Source of the DNA: Bdellovibrionales bacterium
GTDB lineage: Bacteria; Bdellovibrionota; Bdellovibrionia; Bdellovibrionales; UBA1609
DNA length: 64,000 nt
Assembly (NCBI GenBank): GCA_965219095.1
Contig: CBDCMT010000001.1
Location: 1,664,001-1,728,000 of the forward strand
Direction of reading: 5' to 3'
Shown here one piece after another: positions 10,442 to 21,577 of the stretch. Within the stretch, counting starts at the first letter, position 1, and every line of letters starts with the position of its first letter. A program made the position numbers and the translations under genes. Below the pieces are notes generated by a model. The model was not told where the DNA came from. It searched no databases and saw nothing but the letters and a program-made list of their open reading frames with translations.

Positions 10442-11700
10442 GAAATCTGACCTCTTAGTTTCATAGCTTTTTCAAGTCTCACTATAGCTACTGCTATAGC
10501 TGCTATCCTCATAGAAATTTTTTTCTCTTGAGAATAGCGGTAGGATTTATCAAAAGCATCAAACATAATACGTCTTAAGCTATTTCTTACACGATCGATA
10601 TCCCAAAAAAACCAGCTAATACCTTGCACCCATTCAAAATAACTGACAATCACACCGCCTCCATTAGCTAAAACATCAGGAACAATAAAAACATCCTTTT
10701 CTCTTAAAATTTTATCAGCCAAAGAAGTTACTGGTCCATTAGCTCCTTCAACAATAATCTTCGCATGTATTTTATTAGCATTCTTATTGTTGATTACACT
10801 ATCAAGAGCACAGGGAGCTAAAATATCAGTTTGTAAACAAAGCAAATCTTCATTAGAAATAGGTTGAGATTGAGGATAATTTTCTACAAATTTATTCTCT
10901 TTCGTGTAAGCAATCACATCTTCTATATCTAAACCTTTTTCAGAATAAATGCCTCCTGATACGTCACTTACAGCAATCACCCTAGCTCCTCTTTTAGAAC
11001 TTTCTAAAGCTGCATGGGCTCCCACTTTACCAAAGCCTTGAATGGTAACGCTGGGGTGATCAGAAAATTTTTTATCAAATAAACTCAGAGCTTTTTCCAT
11101 AGAAAAAACCACTCCTAATCCTGTTGCGGAGGTTCTTCCTTGGGATCCGCCAATTTCAATAGGTTTTCCTGTCACCACTCCCGTTTGAGCAAAACCATGA
11201 ATTTTAGAATACATATCCATAATCCAAGCCATAGTTAATTCATCTGTACCTATATCAGGAGCAGGGATATCCTTATCAGGTCCAATAAAGGGACTCATCT
11301 CTATGGTAAACTGCTGAGTAAGTCTTTTTAACTCTCCTTGAGACAACTCAGATACGTTCACTTGAACTCCTCCTTTAGCTCCTCCTAAGGGCAGGCCTAA
11401 GAGAGAGTTTTTGAAGGTCATAAGACTAGCTAAACCTGATACATCTCCTAAATTTACCGATTCGTGATAACGAAGTCCTCCCTTAAAGGGACCTAAAACC
11501 TGATTGTGCTGGACTCTATAACCCCAAAAAGTCTTTATTCTTTCATCAGCCATCCTTACAGGCAGACTCACCACAATAGAACGACGAGGTCTGCGAAGCA
11601 TCTCAATGGCACTTTTAGTGATATTTGTAAAATCTGCAGCCTCATAGAATACATCGATGACATTGCGGAAAAGACGACTGTTTTTTAAGTTTAGAGTCAC
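10438..11700 (-). CDS. gdhA: Glutamate (Glu/Leu/Phe/Val) dehydrogenase
   Basis: GPFKGGLRYH, GGAKGG, DIPAPD, EGANGP, NGGGVIVSYFEW. Confidence 0.93.
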   Translation of the reverse strand: MTLNLKNSRLFRNVIDVFYEAADFTNITKSAIEMLRRPRRSIVVSLPVRMADERIKTFWGYRVQHNQVLGPFKGGLRYHESVNLGDVSGLASLMTFKNSLLGLPLGGAKGGVQVNVSELSQGELKRLTQQFTIEMSPFIGPDKDIPAPDIGTDELTMAWIMDMYSKIHGFAQTGVVTGKPIEIGGSQGRTSATGLGVVFSMEKALSLFDKKFSDHPSVTIQGFGKVGAHAALESSKRGARVIAVSDVSGGIYSEKGLDIEDVIAYTKENKFVENYPQSQPISNEDLLCLQTDILAPCALDSVINNKNANKIHAKIIVEGANGPVTSLADKILREKDVFIVPDVLANGGGVIVSYFEWVQGISWFFWDIDRVRNSLRRIMFDAFDKSYRYSQEKKISMRIAAIAVAIVRLEKAMKLRGQIS

Positions 11701-11756
11701 CTTTTTATCATATTTTTTTTTTTAGATAAAGTCGAGGCTATTTTTATTGCCCTATA

Positions 11757-12860
11757 ATGAAGTCTATGTTACGACTCAAGTCATCTATGATAAAGCTTAA
11801 TTTCTTTGACCTAAGCCTTTCTGATTTAAAAACTTTTCTTCTCCAAAGAGGGTATAAAAACTATTGTACACAACAACTTTATAAGTGGACTTATCAAAAG
11901 TCCATATTTGATTTTAAAAAAATGACAGACCTTTCAAAAAAAGCAAGAGACAAACTTTCTTTGCTACTTCATTTTAAAACCCCAAAACTTATGGAAACTT
12001 TAAAGAGCCTTGACGGCACAGAAAAGTTCCTCTTTCAAACAGAAGAAGGTTTTCTCTATGAAACAGTCCTTATCCCTTCTGAAAAAAGATGGACTCTTTG
12101 CTTGTCCTCTCAAGTTGGTTGCAACATGGCTTGTAAGTTTTGCTATACAGGAAAGCAAAAACTTCGAAAACGCCTCACAACTTCAGAGATAATAGGTCAA
12201 TATATGGTTGTAAACGAAAGGATCAAACCTCACAGTAAAATCACCAACCTTGTTTTTATGGGTATGGGAGAGCCTCTTGATAATCAAGAGGCTGTTTTTT
12301 CTTCCATTGAGATCTTTTGCGAGTCTTTAGGTATAGGGCTTTCGAGAAAAAAGATTACAATTTCTACTTCCGGTCTTGCTTCTCTAATCCCTAAGATCAC
12401 AGAAGCTAGAGTAAGACTAGCTGTAAGTCTTAACAGTGCTAACAATAGGCTAAGAGATCAGATTATGCCTATCAACCGCAAATGGCCTATAGAAAGTTTA
12501 TTGAAAGCCTGTAAAGAGCATACAAGAGTATCTAAACAGAAAGTTACTTTTGAGTATGTGCTTTTAAAAGGTGTGACGGATTCTTTGAAAGATGCTTATG
12601 ATCTCTATTATCTTACAAAAAATATACCATGTAAAATTAACATCATCCCCTTTAATGAACATTTTCAATCAGGTTTTTTGAGGCCTTCTGAAGAAAAAAT
12701 CGATAAGTTTCAAAGAAAGCTTATCAATTTAGGAGCTCATGTTTTCAGAAGAAAAACTATGGGGAAAGATATTTATGCAGCCTGCGGACAACTCAACCCT
12801 CGAACAGCAATTAAAGTGGACAGCCATGATTTTAGTGACAGGAACTTTAGGTTACGATAA
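11757..12860 (+). CDS. rlmN: 23S rRNA/tRNA m2A methyltransferase RlmN
   Basis: CNMACKFC radical-SAM motif, MGMGEP, AACGQL; true start may be 11787. Confidence 0.95.
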   Translation: MKSMLRLKSSMIKLNFFDLSLSDLKTFLLQRGYKNYCTQQLYKWTYQKSIFDFKKMTDLSKKARDKLSLLLHFKTPKLMETLKSLDGTEKFLFQTEEGFLYETVLIPSEKRWTLCLSSQVGCNMACKFCYTGKQKLRKRLTTSEIIGQYMVVNERIKPHSKITNLVFMGMGEPLDNQEAVFSSIEIFCESLGIGLSRKKITISTSGLASLIPKITEARVRLAVSLNSANNRLRDQIMPINRKWPIESLLKACKEHTRVSKQKVTFEYVLLKGVTDSLKDAYDLYYLTKNIPCKINIIPFNEHFQSGFLRPSEEKIDKFQRKLINLGAHVFRRKTMGKDIYAACGQLNPRTAIKVDSHDFSDRNFRLR

Positions 12861-13722
12861 CATTGAAACTTTCGATTTGAAAGCCGAAAGAATTTTAGGA
12901 GGAGCCGCTAACTATTCTACTTTAAGTGCTTATTTTTTTAGTCCTGTGTGTGTAGTAAGCTGTATAGGAAAAGATTATACAAAAAAGGATCTTGGAGTTC
13001 TTATTTCGAAAAACATAGATTTAAAAGGAGTTAAAATCACACAACAAAAATCTTTCACATGGACCGGTCGTTACGGTGAAGATCTTAAAGACGCTGAAAC
13101 TTTAGACCTTCACCTCAATACCATGAAAAACTTTTCACCGAAACTTTCCGAAGAATATAAAGATAAAAAATTTATTTTTCTATCTAATATGGATCCCGAA
13201 ATACAACTTTCTATTTTAGAACAAATGTCAGATCCTGTTTTTACTCTACTTGATACCATGTCTTATTGGATTAGGAAAGAAGAAAAGAAAAAAACTTTAA
13301 TTCGCCTTATACCTCACATTACAGCTCTTATCCTCAACGAGACTGAGATCAAAGAGCTTACAGAAAGCCAAGATCTAAAAATAGCAATCTTTAAAACCCA
13401 CAAGCTAGGAGTTGAAACGGTTATTATAAAAAGGGGAAAAGAAGGCTTTCTTCTTTCTCATAAAGATAAAACTTTTAAAAAATCCTCCTATCCTGTAAAA
13501 GCCATTGATCCTACAGGGGCAGGGGACAGTTTTGCAGGGGGATTTTTAGGGGCATTTGCCTCTTCCTATAATGAAAGCGTTTCATTTGAAAATTTAAAAA
13601 CATCTTGTCTTTACGGATCTGTTTTATCTAGTTTTGCAGTAGAAGACATAGGCCTAAGATCTCTTTTAAAATTAAATTTATCTAAAATAGAAGAACGTTT
13701 AGAAAGGTACAAAAAGCTTTAA
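12826..13722 (+). CDS. PfkB-family carbohydrate/nucleoside kinase
   Basis: LGGAANY, DPTGAGDSFAGG; start at MILVTG. Confidence 0.9.
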   Translation: MILVTGTLGYDNIETFDLKAERILGGAANYSTLSAYFFSPVCVVSCIGKDYTKKDLGVLISKNIDLKGVKITQQKSFTWTGRYGEDLKDAETLDLHLNTMKNFSPKLSEEYKDKKFIFLSNMDPEIQLSILEQMSDPVFTLLDTMSYWIRKEEKKKTLIRLIPHITALILNETEIKELTESQDLKIAIFKTHKLGVETVIIKRGKEGFLLSHKDKTFKKSSYPVKAIDPTGAGDSFAGGFLGAFASSYNESVSFENLKTSCLYGSVLSSFAVEDIGLRSLLKLNLSKIEERLERYKKL

Positions 13723-14095
13723 GTCATAAAAAATGGCTGATTTTGTGAATTTAAAACCTTATCGCAATCAAGGTTCAGTTGATTTTATCAGATCAAAATA
13801 TAACAAGGCAGTGTTTTTTTGTGATGAAGGCCTTCTATTCTAATTCCAGAACGGCTTTCTTAGATAGTCGAACGTGAAAAATTGACAAAAGCCTAGGATT
13901 TTTATGCTGTATGATCTTTATTCCTGTTACTTTCTACTATAGAGGGTTAAATATTTTTTCATAACTTAAACAAAACAGTAGTTTTCAAGAAGGCGTACAG
14001 GCCTTTTAAGCCATTTCAGTGAAAAAAACGAAAAAAGACGCACCTCTAGCATTAACTTTCTAAAATTTTGAGAAGCTCCTGATAAAAGACTATTA

Positions 14096-14139
14096 ACCCG
14101 AGTTTCGACTTTTATATATTGTTCAGAAGCTCCTGTTTT
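14096..14139 (-). mobile_element. IS982 right-end remnant
   Basis: ACCCGAGTTTCGACTTTTATATATTG is the reverse complement of the 5841 end. Confidence 0.85.
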
Positions 14140-14946
14140 GTAAGTCGGTTTTTTAACAGCCCTTGACTTCTACTGAGGAGGATATTTCTTAGATTTTAAA
14201 GGAGAAGTTTTTATTGATCTTGTTGTAAAACGGTGTTGTAAGACGTTTTCCTAAGGCCTTCCCCGTTACAAAAGTATTAGAGAAGTTCTTAAAAGAATAA
14301 TTCTTAGTTTTTTTTCGTAATTTTGATTTTTTTTGTGCTTTATTCTTTAAGAACGAAGCTCACTTGTATACTCAAAAGGCGTTTTAATAAGCATCTTATC
14401 GAGGGAGTTTCCCACAACCATTAAAATATAGTCCTTAGGATCTAATTCCACCTTCTTACAACTTTCCACAATACTGTAAAGTACTGATGCTGTTTCAGCT
14501 CCTCTCTGAGTCCTTGACCCATGAAAGTTCTTTCTTCCCATCACAGAATGTCGAATCGTTCTTTCTGCTTCATTGTTTGTCATAGGAATTTTCTCATTTT
14601 CTAAGAATAAATTTAAGCCATCCCAGTGATTAAAGCTATAATCAATAGCCTTTTTTAACCCACTCTCAGGACGAGCTTCTCCATAAAGTTTATAATACAG
14701 ATCTTGCAGAGAAAGAACTAAATCCTTTGATTCTGTTTGTCTTAAACTTTTGAGCTCTTCATAAGTTTTCGCCTTTGATTCAACTTTAAAAATCTTCCCC
14801 ATAAGCTTTAATACTTTTCCACACTCCTCAGGGTAATTCTGTTCTATGTCAATAAACTTTCTTATCACTGAGACCAACAAAAAGCAAGATCAATTCCCTT
14901 TTCATCCTTAAAATGTGTTTTATAACTAACGTATCCATCTGTTAAA
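14140..14946 (-). mobile_element. IS66 type A 3' fragment
   Basis: Near-identical to 3983-4790; ORF 14347-14880. Confidence 0.92.
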
Positions 14947-14952
14947 AAACTC

Positions 14953-15000
14953 GCCTCCTCAAAAGAACCTTCGGGAACCCACAGATTCTTTTGAGGAGGC
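14953..15000. repeat. 48-bp ISL3-derived hairpin element, copy 1
   Basis: GCCTCCTCAAAAGAA-N18-TTCTTTTGAGGAGGC. Confidence 0.9.
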
Positions 15001-15110
15001 ATAAATTTAACATATGAGTATTAAAACATAAAAAAATAAATAAATAAAATTACCTGGATTAAAGGCTTGAAAATTGTGAAAAAAATTACTGGTCAGAACA
15101 CTAGATAGAG

Positions 15111-15148
15111 AAGAGTAGTTATTGTTTCATAAAACAATAACTACTCTT
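15111..15148. terminator. Perfect 17-bp hairpin downstream of 15203-15565
   Basis: AAGAGTAGTTATTGTTT-CATA-AAACAATAACTACTCTT; no U-tract on the minus strand. Confidence 0.5.
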
Positions 15149-15202
15149 AGTTTATTTTTGTTGCCTTAAGCTTTTTAGAGTAAAATCATATTACTCTATC
15201 TT

Positions 15203-15565
15203 TTACATAAGAAGAACGACGGCACCAACTATTGCTACTATTAGAACAACTCCTTGAATACCTGCCATAAAAGCATATTCTGTAAATTCTGTAACTGCTA
15301 CTTCTTTCTGTTCTGTCACCAACATATTGATCTTAGCTAATTGTTCTTGAGAAAGATTAAGTTTGTCAATGTCAATAGAAGCAATCTTTTCAGCCTGTGC
15401 TTCAGATAGATTGAACTGTCCAGGGTCTTCTTGAGCCCATAGTATGGCTTCTATTACATTTTCTTCAGTTATAACTTTTTGAGTTGAAGCAAAAGCTACT
15501 CCTTGGAAGAACATAGCAAAAGCTATGAAAGTTGTTGCTATGATTGTTTTTATTGTTTTTTTCAT
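15203..15565 (-). CDS. Hypothetical exported protein with C-terminal hydrophobic segment
   Basis: Signal peptide ending AFA, AGGAG RBS. Confidence 0.75.
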   Translation of the reverse strand: MKKTIKTIIATTFIAFAMFFQGVAFASTQKVITEENVIEAILWAQEDPGQFNLSEAQAEKIASIDIDKLNLSQEQLAKINMLVTEQKEVAVTEFTEYAFMAGIQGVVLIVAIVGAVVLLM

Positions 15566-15837
15566 TTTGTTTCTCCTTTCGTTTTTTGAGCCTTTGAAAG
15601 CTCTTATGTTTTTTTTTACTTGCCCTTTTGTCTTTAATTAAAGAGTAAAGTAAAGTTAACATATCAAATTATAAATTTCAATGCGATTTATTAATTTTGT
15701 AAAATATTTACATGCATTTGAAATTTTTATAACCACATACTATTTGAATGATAGTTTGCCTTTTGATAGCTTGTCTTTGATTTTGAATGAACACCAACAT
15801 TCAAAGCAGTTTCAAAAATTCATACGTTATTTTTTTC

Positions 15838-15885
15838 GCCTCCTCAAAAGAACCTCCGGGAACCCACAGATTCTTTTGAGGAGCC
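15838..15885. repeat. 48-bp ISL3-derived hairpin element, copy 2
   Basis: GCCTCCTCAAAAGAACCTCCGGGAACCCACAGATTCTTTTGAGGAGCC. Confidence 0.9.
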
Positions 15886-15947
15886 AAAATTTTAAAACTG
15901 TTATAATATTGATTGTACCCCCTTAAGAGGGGGAGATTATAAAAAAC

Positions 15948-16382
15948 TTAATGAGATTCTTCTTGAGTGAAGCCTTCCGATTCAAAAAGCTCACCTCTTT
16001 GATAACGTTCAGTCAGCTTATGATCTTTGGTAGGAAAAGAAAATAAAATAGAATGACTGTTAGAGGAAGGATCTTCTGCTGTAGCTACAATATAATAAAA
16101 GGGGTCGTCTAAATCAGAACTCGTGTATTCTTTGAGAAAATAAAAAATATCATAACAAGAACCTATAAACTCGCTATCATCAACCCTCCAAACTTCATCA
16201 GCCTCTTCTAAAGTTTCATCACGGAACGTTCTATATTTTTGAAAGTCTTTCTCAGGAATATCTGTTTTCATACGTAAAACCATCATGGCTTTATAGAGTC
16301 CTAAGGCAAGCTCATCTCCTTCACTAACTCCATCACCACTGAGAGCTCCTAAAGGTTTCTTCTGTTCTTTTCGTTTTTTCAT
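15948..16382 (-). CDS. Hypothetical protein
   Basis: 144-aa ORF with RBS, in an apparent operon. Confidence 0.7.
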   Translation of the reverse strand: MKKRKEQKKPLGALSGDGVSEGDELALGLYKAMMVLRMKTDIPEKDFQKYRTFRDETLEEADEVWRVDDSEFIGSCYDIFYFLKEYTSSDLDDPFYYIVATAEDPSSNSHSILFSFPTKDHKLTERYQRGELFESEGFTQEESH

Positions 16383-16391
16383 AAACCTTCT

Positions 16392-16616
16392 TTAAGATTT
16401 CTTATTTCTTAATAATTCTTTACAAATGTCTTTAAAAAGAAACTGAAAGTAATCATATTTTTTCATATTTTTTTGAAGAAGTTCAAAAAAATATGAAAAC
16501 TCACTCTCCTTCTCTCCTAAGGTCTTTCGGCTTTGACTTAAAATAGCTTCTAAGCTCTCGATCTGAGAAAAATTTGTTTTTAAGCTTTCTTTTTTTAAAA
16601 CATACTTTTCTGACAT
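16392..16616 (-). CDS. Small hypothetical protein
   Basis: 74-aa ORF with AGGA RBS between co-oriented genes. Confidence 0.55.
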   Translation of the reverse strand: MSEKYVLKKESLKTNFSQIESLEAILSQSRKTLGEKESEFSYFFELLQKNMKKYDYFQFLFKDICKELLRNKKS

Positions 16617-16671
16617 TTACTTTTCCTTTCTCTTTATTTTACAATAAACCTTTCTAAAATCAAAGGATATC

Positions 16672-17400
16672 TTAATACTCACAGCCTAAGAACTCCTCCA
16701 TAACTTCTCTTTCGCTGACAAGAGGAGAACACTCCTCTTCTTGTTCTGTTTTATCTGAAGGTTTTTCAGAACACTTCCTTTCAATTTGAGCATTAAAACT
16801 TCTTCTTTTTTCTCCAAGAGCTAGAGAAAAATACATTACCGTATCAGAGTCCTCATGGTGTTTAAGACCTAAAATATGACCTAATTCATGTAAAACAAGA
16901 CTTTCAAAATCCACCTTGCCTTCGGCTACGTTCTCAGTTGTAGAGAAAGAAAAATTTTCACTGTTTAGAAAGATAGAGGCTGAAATGATCTGCTTTCCCC
17001 TCCAAAGAACTTTAGTAACCCCTTGCTGTTGTGCTGAGTAGTTGTTACTGATCCAGCGATCTCTTAAATAAATTACATTTAAGTTCTTAAGGCTTGTAAC
17101 GTCACCTGAAATCCCTACAGAGATGATTTCAAAAAGAGGCCTCTCCTCTGAAGGAATTAAAGCGTTCCAGGTGGCCACAGCTCTTCTCATTGCAGCCACT
17201 TTCCCTAGTCCATCAGAAGAGGTGCTGATAGACTCATGAATATGTAATTCCACAGGCAATTTTTTCCCCCAAGACACTCTCTGAGAGTCTGTATTTTTTA
17301 TAAAAAGACAATCCTTTTCACTGAAGTTAGTGGTAGAACAGCTTATCAGCAAAAAAGAAAGACTTAGCAATAAGCTTAATAAAATGAAAAAACCCTTCAC
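16672..17400 (-). CDS. Matrixin-type (M10) zinc metalloprotease lipoprotein
   Basis: Lipobox LISC, HELGHILGLKH, Met-turn TVMY. Confidence 0.88.
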   Translation of the reverse strand: MKGFFILLSLLLSLSFLLISCSTTNFSEKDCLFIKNTDSQRVSWGKKLPVELHIHESISTSSDGLGKVAAMRRAVATWNALIPSEERPLFEIISVGISGDVTSLKNLNVIYLRDRWISNNYSAQQQGVTKVLWRGKQIISASIFLNSENFSFSTTENVAEGKVDFESLVLHELGHILGLKHHEDSDTVMYFSLALGEKRRSFNAQIERKCSEKPSDKTEQEEECSPLVSEREVMEEFLGCEY

Positions 17401-17520
17401 TTTTTCTCTCTCTTTCTACTCTTACTTCTTTTTTCTGCAAGTTAGGGGCTTATGAAAAAACATTATAAGTAATTAAAATCATTTACCTTTTTAAAACAGG
17501 CCCTTTTACCCTTTTGACAA

Positions 17521-17541
17521 AGTGTCTTATTTTTAAACACT
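17521..17541. promoter_or_regulatory. Palindromic operator AGTGT-N11-ACACT
   Basis: Reverse complement matches 23134-23154 at 19 of 21 bases. Confidence 0.55.
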
Positions 17542-17667
17542 TTTTTTAAAAGCACTCTAAGGTGTTAATTTTAAAACAGTTTTTACCCTAACTTTCAGAA
17601 CACCATTTAAGCCCTTAAATGGCCTATAGGGCTACACTTTTAAAAAAAACTACTTTATAAACTGGTT

Positions 17668-20586
17668 ATGGATTTTGAAGAAAGGACCAGGAAAAAAGGC
17701 CTCCAAATTTTCTCTCATCTTAATCATAAAGAGGGTTCCTCTCCTTTTCAAAAACATTGGTGGTACAAGCGTATGATGGACTGGAGCATGCAAAATGAGA
17801 GTTTTAAAAACCAAATGTTTCGTTTTGTTGATGTTCTGCCTTATTTAAAAACAAATTCACAAGTTATAGAACATTTAAAAGAGTATTTTCAAGACTTTGA
17901 AAATGATAAACTCTCATCAGCCTTGCAAATGAGTCTTAAGTTAGGAGGTAGCCTAACAGCACCTCTTATCGCACGGACAGTAAAAAAGAATATAGAAGAG
18001 GTTGGAAAAATTTTCATTACAGCTGATAAACCAGAAAAAGCTCTGCCTCTGTTCCAAAAAATAAGAAAAAAGAATATAGCTTTTACTGTAGATCTTTTAG
18101 GAGAAGCCACTTTATCTGAAAAAGAGGCTGACTCTTATTACAAAAGATACATAGATCTTATGGACATCCTTTCAAAAGAATCTTGGAGCTATAACTCTCT
18201 TTTAGATGAAGATGATCAAGGAAGAATCCCTGCCCTTAACATTTCTATAAAACTTACCTCGCTTTACTCTCAAATCAACGAAAAAGCTTGGTCTCATACT
18301 ATTGAAGTTTTTAAAGAAAGACTAAGGCCTCTTTTAAGACGTGCTATAAAAGAGTTTATATTTATTAACATTGATATGGAAAGTTATGAACATAAAGATC
18401 TGATCTTACAAACCTTTAAAGAGATTATACAAGAAAAAGAGTTCATCTCTTATCCTCACTTTGGTATTGTCATACAAGCTTACCTTAGAGATTCACGAAA
18501 TGACATAGACGGACTTATTGATGTTTCTCAAAAAAGAAAAACTCCTTTCAGTGTTCGCCTTGTAAAAGGAGCTTACTGGGATCAAGAGATCATTTTAGCA
18601 CAACAAAAAAATTGGCCTTGTCCTGTATTTCTCAGCAAAAACCAAACAGATGAGAACTTTGAAAACTGTACAAAAGCTCTTATAGATGAGTATCCTTTTA
18701 TCAAACTAGCCCTTGCTTCTCATAACATAAGATCTTTGTCTGCAGGTCTTTGCTACCTTGAGAAAAAAAATCTTTCTCAAAAATCTATTGAAATCCAAAT
18801 GCTTTACGGAATGGCTGACTCCTTTCGTTTTGCTTTAAGCCAGATGGGTTACAGAGTCAGAGAGTACGCAACTATAGGAGAGCTTATCCCGGGAATGGCT
18901 TATTTAGTCAGACGTCTTTTAGAAAATAGCTCTAATGAATCTTTTTTAAAATTACGTTTTATCAATAAAGCCTCTGCAGAAGATCTTTTACAAAACCCTA
19001 AAGACAAACCTTTTAAAAGCCATACAAGCTTTCTAAAACCTACATTTAAAAATGAAGCTCCTTTAGATTTTTCAAAAAGAAAGGTAAGAGATCATATGAC
19101 TGAAACTCTCAAAGAGTTTCAGCTCAATCAAAAAACACGACCTGTTTTGATAAAATCTAAGGCTTACAAGACAAAGGAGATTTTTAAGAGAGAAAACCCC
19201 TCTTTTAACACACAGTCCTTGGGGACTGTTTTTATGGCCAATAAGAGTTTAACTGATCAAGCTGTCAAAACAGCTCAGCTTAGTTTTAAGAGTTGGAAAA
19301 AAGTAAATCCTATCAAAAGAGCAGAGTATCTTGATCAATTGGCTGAAGAACTTTTAAAAAATCGCTATCATTTCATATCCTATTTAATTTACGAAATCGG
19401 TAAACCCTGGTCAGAGGCTGATGGAGAATTAATTGAGGCTGTAGATTTTTGTCGTTATTATGCCGAACAAATGAGAAAACTCTGCTCTCCTCTTAAAAAT
19501 GGTGCTTTGGCAGGAGAAGATAATGTGTACCTCTATCGGCCTAAAGGAGTTTGTGCTGTAATCAGTCCTTGGAACTTTCCCTTGGCTATTCTCACAGGAA
19601 TGGTTTCAGCTGCTTTGGTTACAGGAAACACAGTTATCATAAAACCTGCCGAACAGAGTTCTCTTATTGCTTATGAACTTATGCTACTTTTTCAGAAAAT
19701 TAAACTTCCTTCAGGTGTTGTGAATTATTTGCCTGGGTATGGAGAAGATATAGGAGCTTATCTCGTAAAACATAATTTCGTTGATGTGATTGCTTTTACC
19801 GGATCTAAAAAAGTAGGTCTTGAAATTCTATCTCACTCATTAGAAGTTAAAACATCAAAAATAAAAAGATGCATTATTGAAATGGGAGGAAAAAATTCTA
19901 TTCTTATTGATGATGATGCCGATTTAGATGAAGCAGTAAAAGGAGTAGTCTACTCAGCTTTCAGCTTTCAGGGTCAAAAGTGTTCTGCTTGTAGTCGTGT
20001 TGTAGTTCTAGAAAACATTTATGATCTCTTCTTAGAAAGACTCATTGAAACTACGAAAAGTCTTCATATTGAAAAAAGTGATAAGCCCCTCTGTTTTATA
20101 GGACCTGTTGTAGATAAAGTAGCTTTTGAAAAAATAAATGCCTTTCTTTCACAAGCTACACCTTACTACAAAAAAGACGTCTTAGATCAAACAGGTTATT
20201 TTATAGGCCCCACAATTTTCACAGACCTTCCCTTAGATCATCCTTTAGTCACGAAAGAAATTTTTGGTCCTGTTTTAGTTGTTCTTAAAGCTAGAAATTT
20301 AGATGAAGCTCTTGCTATAGCCAACCGAACGGAGTATGGATTAACGGGAGGAATTTATTCCCGTTCTCCCTCTCATATTGAAAAAACAAAAAATAAGCTT
20401 CAAGTAGGTAACATTTACGTCAACCGCCCTATAACAGGGGCTATTGTTAATAGGCACCCTTTTGGAGGGATCAAACTATCAGGGGTGGGAAGTAAAACAG
20501 GAGGAGTGGATTACTTAAAACAGTTTATGGATCCTATAAGTATTTCAGAAAACACTATTAGAAGAGGCTTTGCTACGGAAGTTTAA
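17668..20586 (+). CDS. putA: Bifunctional proline dehydrogenase / P5C dehydrogenase
   Basis: RLVKGAYWD, YLVRRLLEN, EMGGKN, GQKCSA, EIFGP. Confidence 0.95.
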   Translation: MDFEERTRKKGLQIFSHLNHKEGSSPFQKHWWYKRMMDWSMQNESFKNQMFRFVDVLPYLKTNSQVIEHLKEYFQDFENDKLSSALQMSLKLGGSLTAPLIARTVKKNIEEVGKIFITADKPEKALPLFQKIRKKNIAFTVDLLGEATLSEKEADSYYKRYIDLMDILSKESWSYNSLLDEDDQGRIPALNISIKLTSLYSQINEKAWSHTIEVFKERLRPLLRRAIKEFIFINIDMESYEHKDLILQTFKEIIQEKEFISYPHFGIVIQAYLRDSRNDIDGLIDVSQKRKTPFSVRLVKGAYWDQEIILAQQKNWPCPVFLSKNQTDENFENCTKALIDEYPFIKLALASHNIRSLSAGLCYLEKKNLSQKSIEIQMLYGMADSFRFALSQMGYRVREYATIGELIPGMAYLVRRLLENSSNESFLKLRFINKASAEDLLQNPKDKPFKSHTSFLKPTFKNEAPLDFSKRKVRDHMTETLKEFQLNQKTRPVLIKSKAYKTKEIFKRENPSFNTQSLGTVFMANKSLTDQAVKTAQLSFKSWKKVNPIKRAEYLDQLAEELLKNRYHFISYLIYEIGKPWSEADGELIEAVDFCRYYAEQMRKLCSPLKNGALAGEDNVYLYRPKGVCAVISPWNFPLAILTGMVSAALVTGNTVIIKPAEQSSLIAYELMLLFQKIKLPSGVVNYLPGYGEDIGAYLVKHNFVDVIAFTGSKKVGLEILSHSLEVKTSKIKRCIIEMGGKNSILIDDDADLDEAVKGVVYSAFSFQGQKCSACSRVVVLENIYDLFLERLIETTKSLHIEKSDKPLCFIGPVVDKVAFEKINAFLSQATPYYKKDVLDQTGYFIGPTIFTDLPLDHPLVTKEIFGPVLVVLKARNLDEALAIANRTEYGLTGGIYSRSPSHIEKTKNKLQVGNIYVNRPITGAIVNRHPFGGIKLSGVGSKTGGVDYLKQFMDPISISENTIRRGFATEV

Positions 20587-21577
20587 AATCTTCTGCATAA
20601 CCTATAGGTTTCATTTTCAGTCCTTTATCATAAATTGATTTATGGCAAAAACGAAAAAGCAAAGCTATGAGAACTCCGAAAATTTGTCCTCCTAAGTGAG
20701 AAGAGTAAGCTACTGAAGTTTCGCTTGTGTAAATAAGACCTGTTAAATCTCGTAGAGTCCAAAAGATAAGTATCCAAAGAGCCGGAAGATAAATAAAACC
20801 CATAAAACCTTTTTTTGGAAAGACAAACCAGAAGTAACGAACGGGTTTAAAACCATAATAAACACATAGAAAAGCTAACATTGCGTTTACGGTCCCACTC
20901 GCTCCGATAAGAGGAGCAAGAGATAACCCTCCATTTAAGAAATCATAAAAAAGGGCTGCAAAAAAAGCTGAGAACAAATAAAAACCTAAAAATAAAAGAC
21001 TTCCCATAATTTTTTCCACTAAAGGAACAAAAAGAAGAAAGAAAAACATATTTACTAAAAAATGAGACATATCCATATGAAAAAATTGATAAGAAAACCT
21101 CCTAGGCCAATCTGAGTTTTGAAAGCTTAAACCCCACTTTACTAAAGGGCTTTCGCTTCTTATATACATAAATTCATCCTTCTTTTTTCTCCAAATAGAG
21201 TAACCTAAATGATCCTCATAGATTACATTTTCTGAACCCTTTAAGAACAAACTATCTTTTAAAGAGAGTTTAAGTATTTCATGCTGGCTTTTTTCGTGAG
21301 ATTTCAAGGATTTTGAAGCAAGACTTCTTGTTTTAAGAGGGTAGTGTTCAGAGTTTTGAAGTATAAAATTGCTGTAAACTTTTATATGTGTTTCGGCAAA
21401 GTGTTCGCTAAAAAACACTTTTGAAGACTGTTTATGCAATTTATGAATGGTTGAAAAATTATAAAGAAAGAGAAAACCATAAATAGAAAACAAAAGAAAT
21501 GAAAGAGGGGCTTTTTGAAAACCTTGAAAAAAGATCAAAATCAGAAATAATCCCTTTCTTTTAAGAAAAGAGAACAA
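20573..21577 (-). CDS. Rhomboid-family intramembrane serine protease
   Basis: HFLVNM, GASG, SHLGG. Confidence 0.88.
   Translation of the reverse strand: MFSFLKRKGLFLILIFFQGFQKAPLSFLLFSIYGFLFLYNFSTIHKLHKQSSKVFFSEHFAETHIKVYSNFILQNSEHYPLKTRSLASKSLKSHEKSQHEILKLSLKDSLFLKGSENVIYEDHLGYSIWRKKKDEFMYIRSESPLVKWGLSFQNSDWPRRFSYQFFHMDMSHFLVNMFFFLLFVPLVEKIMGSLLFLGFYLFSAFFAALFYDFLNGGLSLAPLIGASGTVNAMLAFLCVYYGFKPVRYFWFVFPKKGFMGFIYLPALWILIFWTLRDLTGLIYTSETSVAYSSHLGGQIFGVLIALLFRFCHKSIYDKGLKMKPIGYAEDFKLP

Noticed and set aside
13759..13790. Additional sigma28 promoter
   Set aside because: Poor -35 and no downstream gene in that orientation.
14953..15885. Two hairpin repeats as a CRISPR array
   Set aside because: About 840 bp apart with a gene between, derived from the ISL3 end, and no cas genes in the window.
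15681..15926. 81-aa ORF, and similar ORFs 51824-52012 and the tail of 43955-44248
   Set aside because: They read through ISL3-end repeats; 51824-52012 is more likely the detached tnpC N-terminus.
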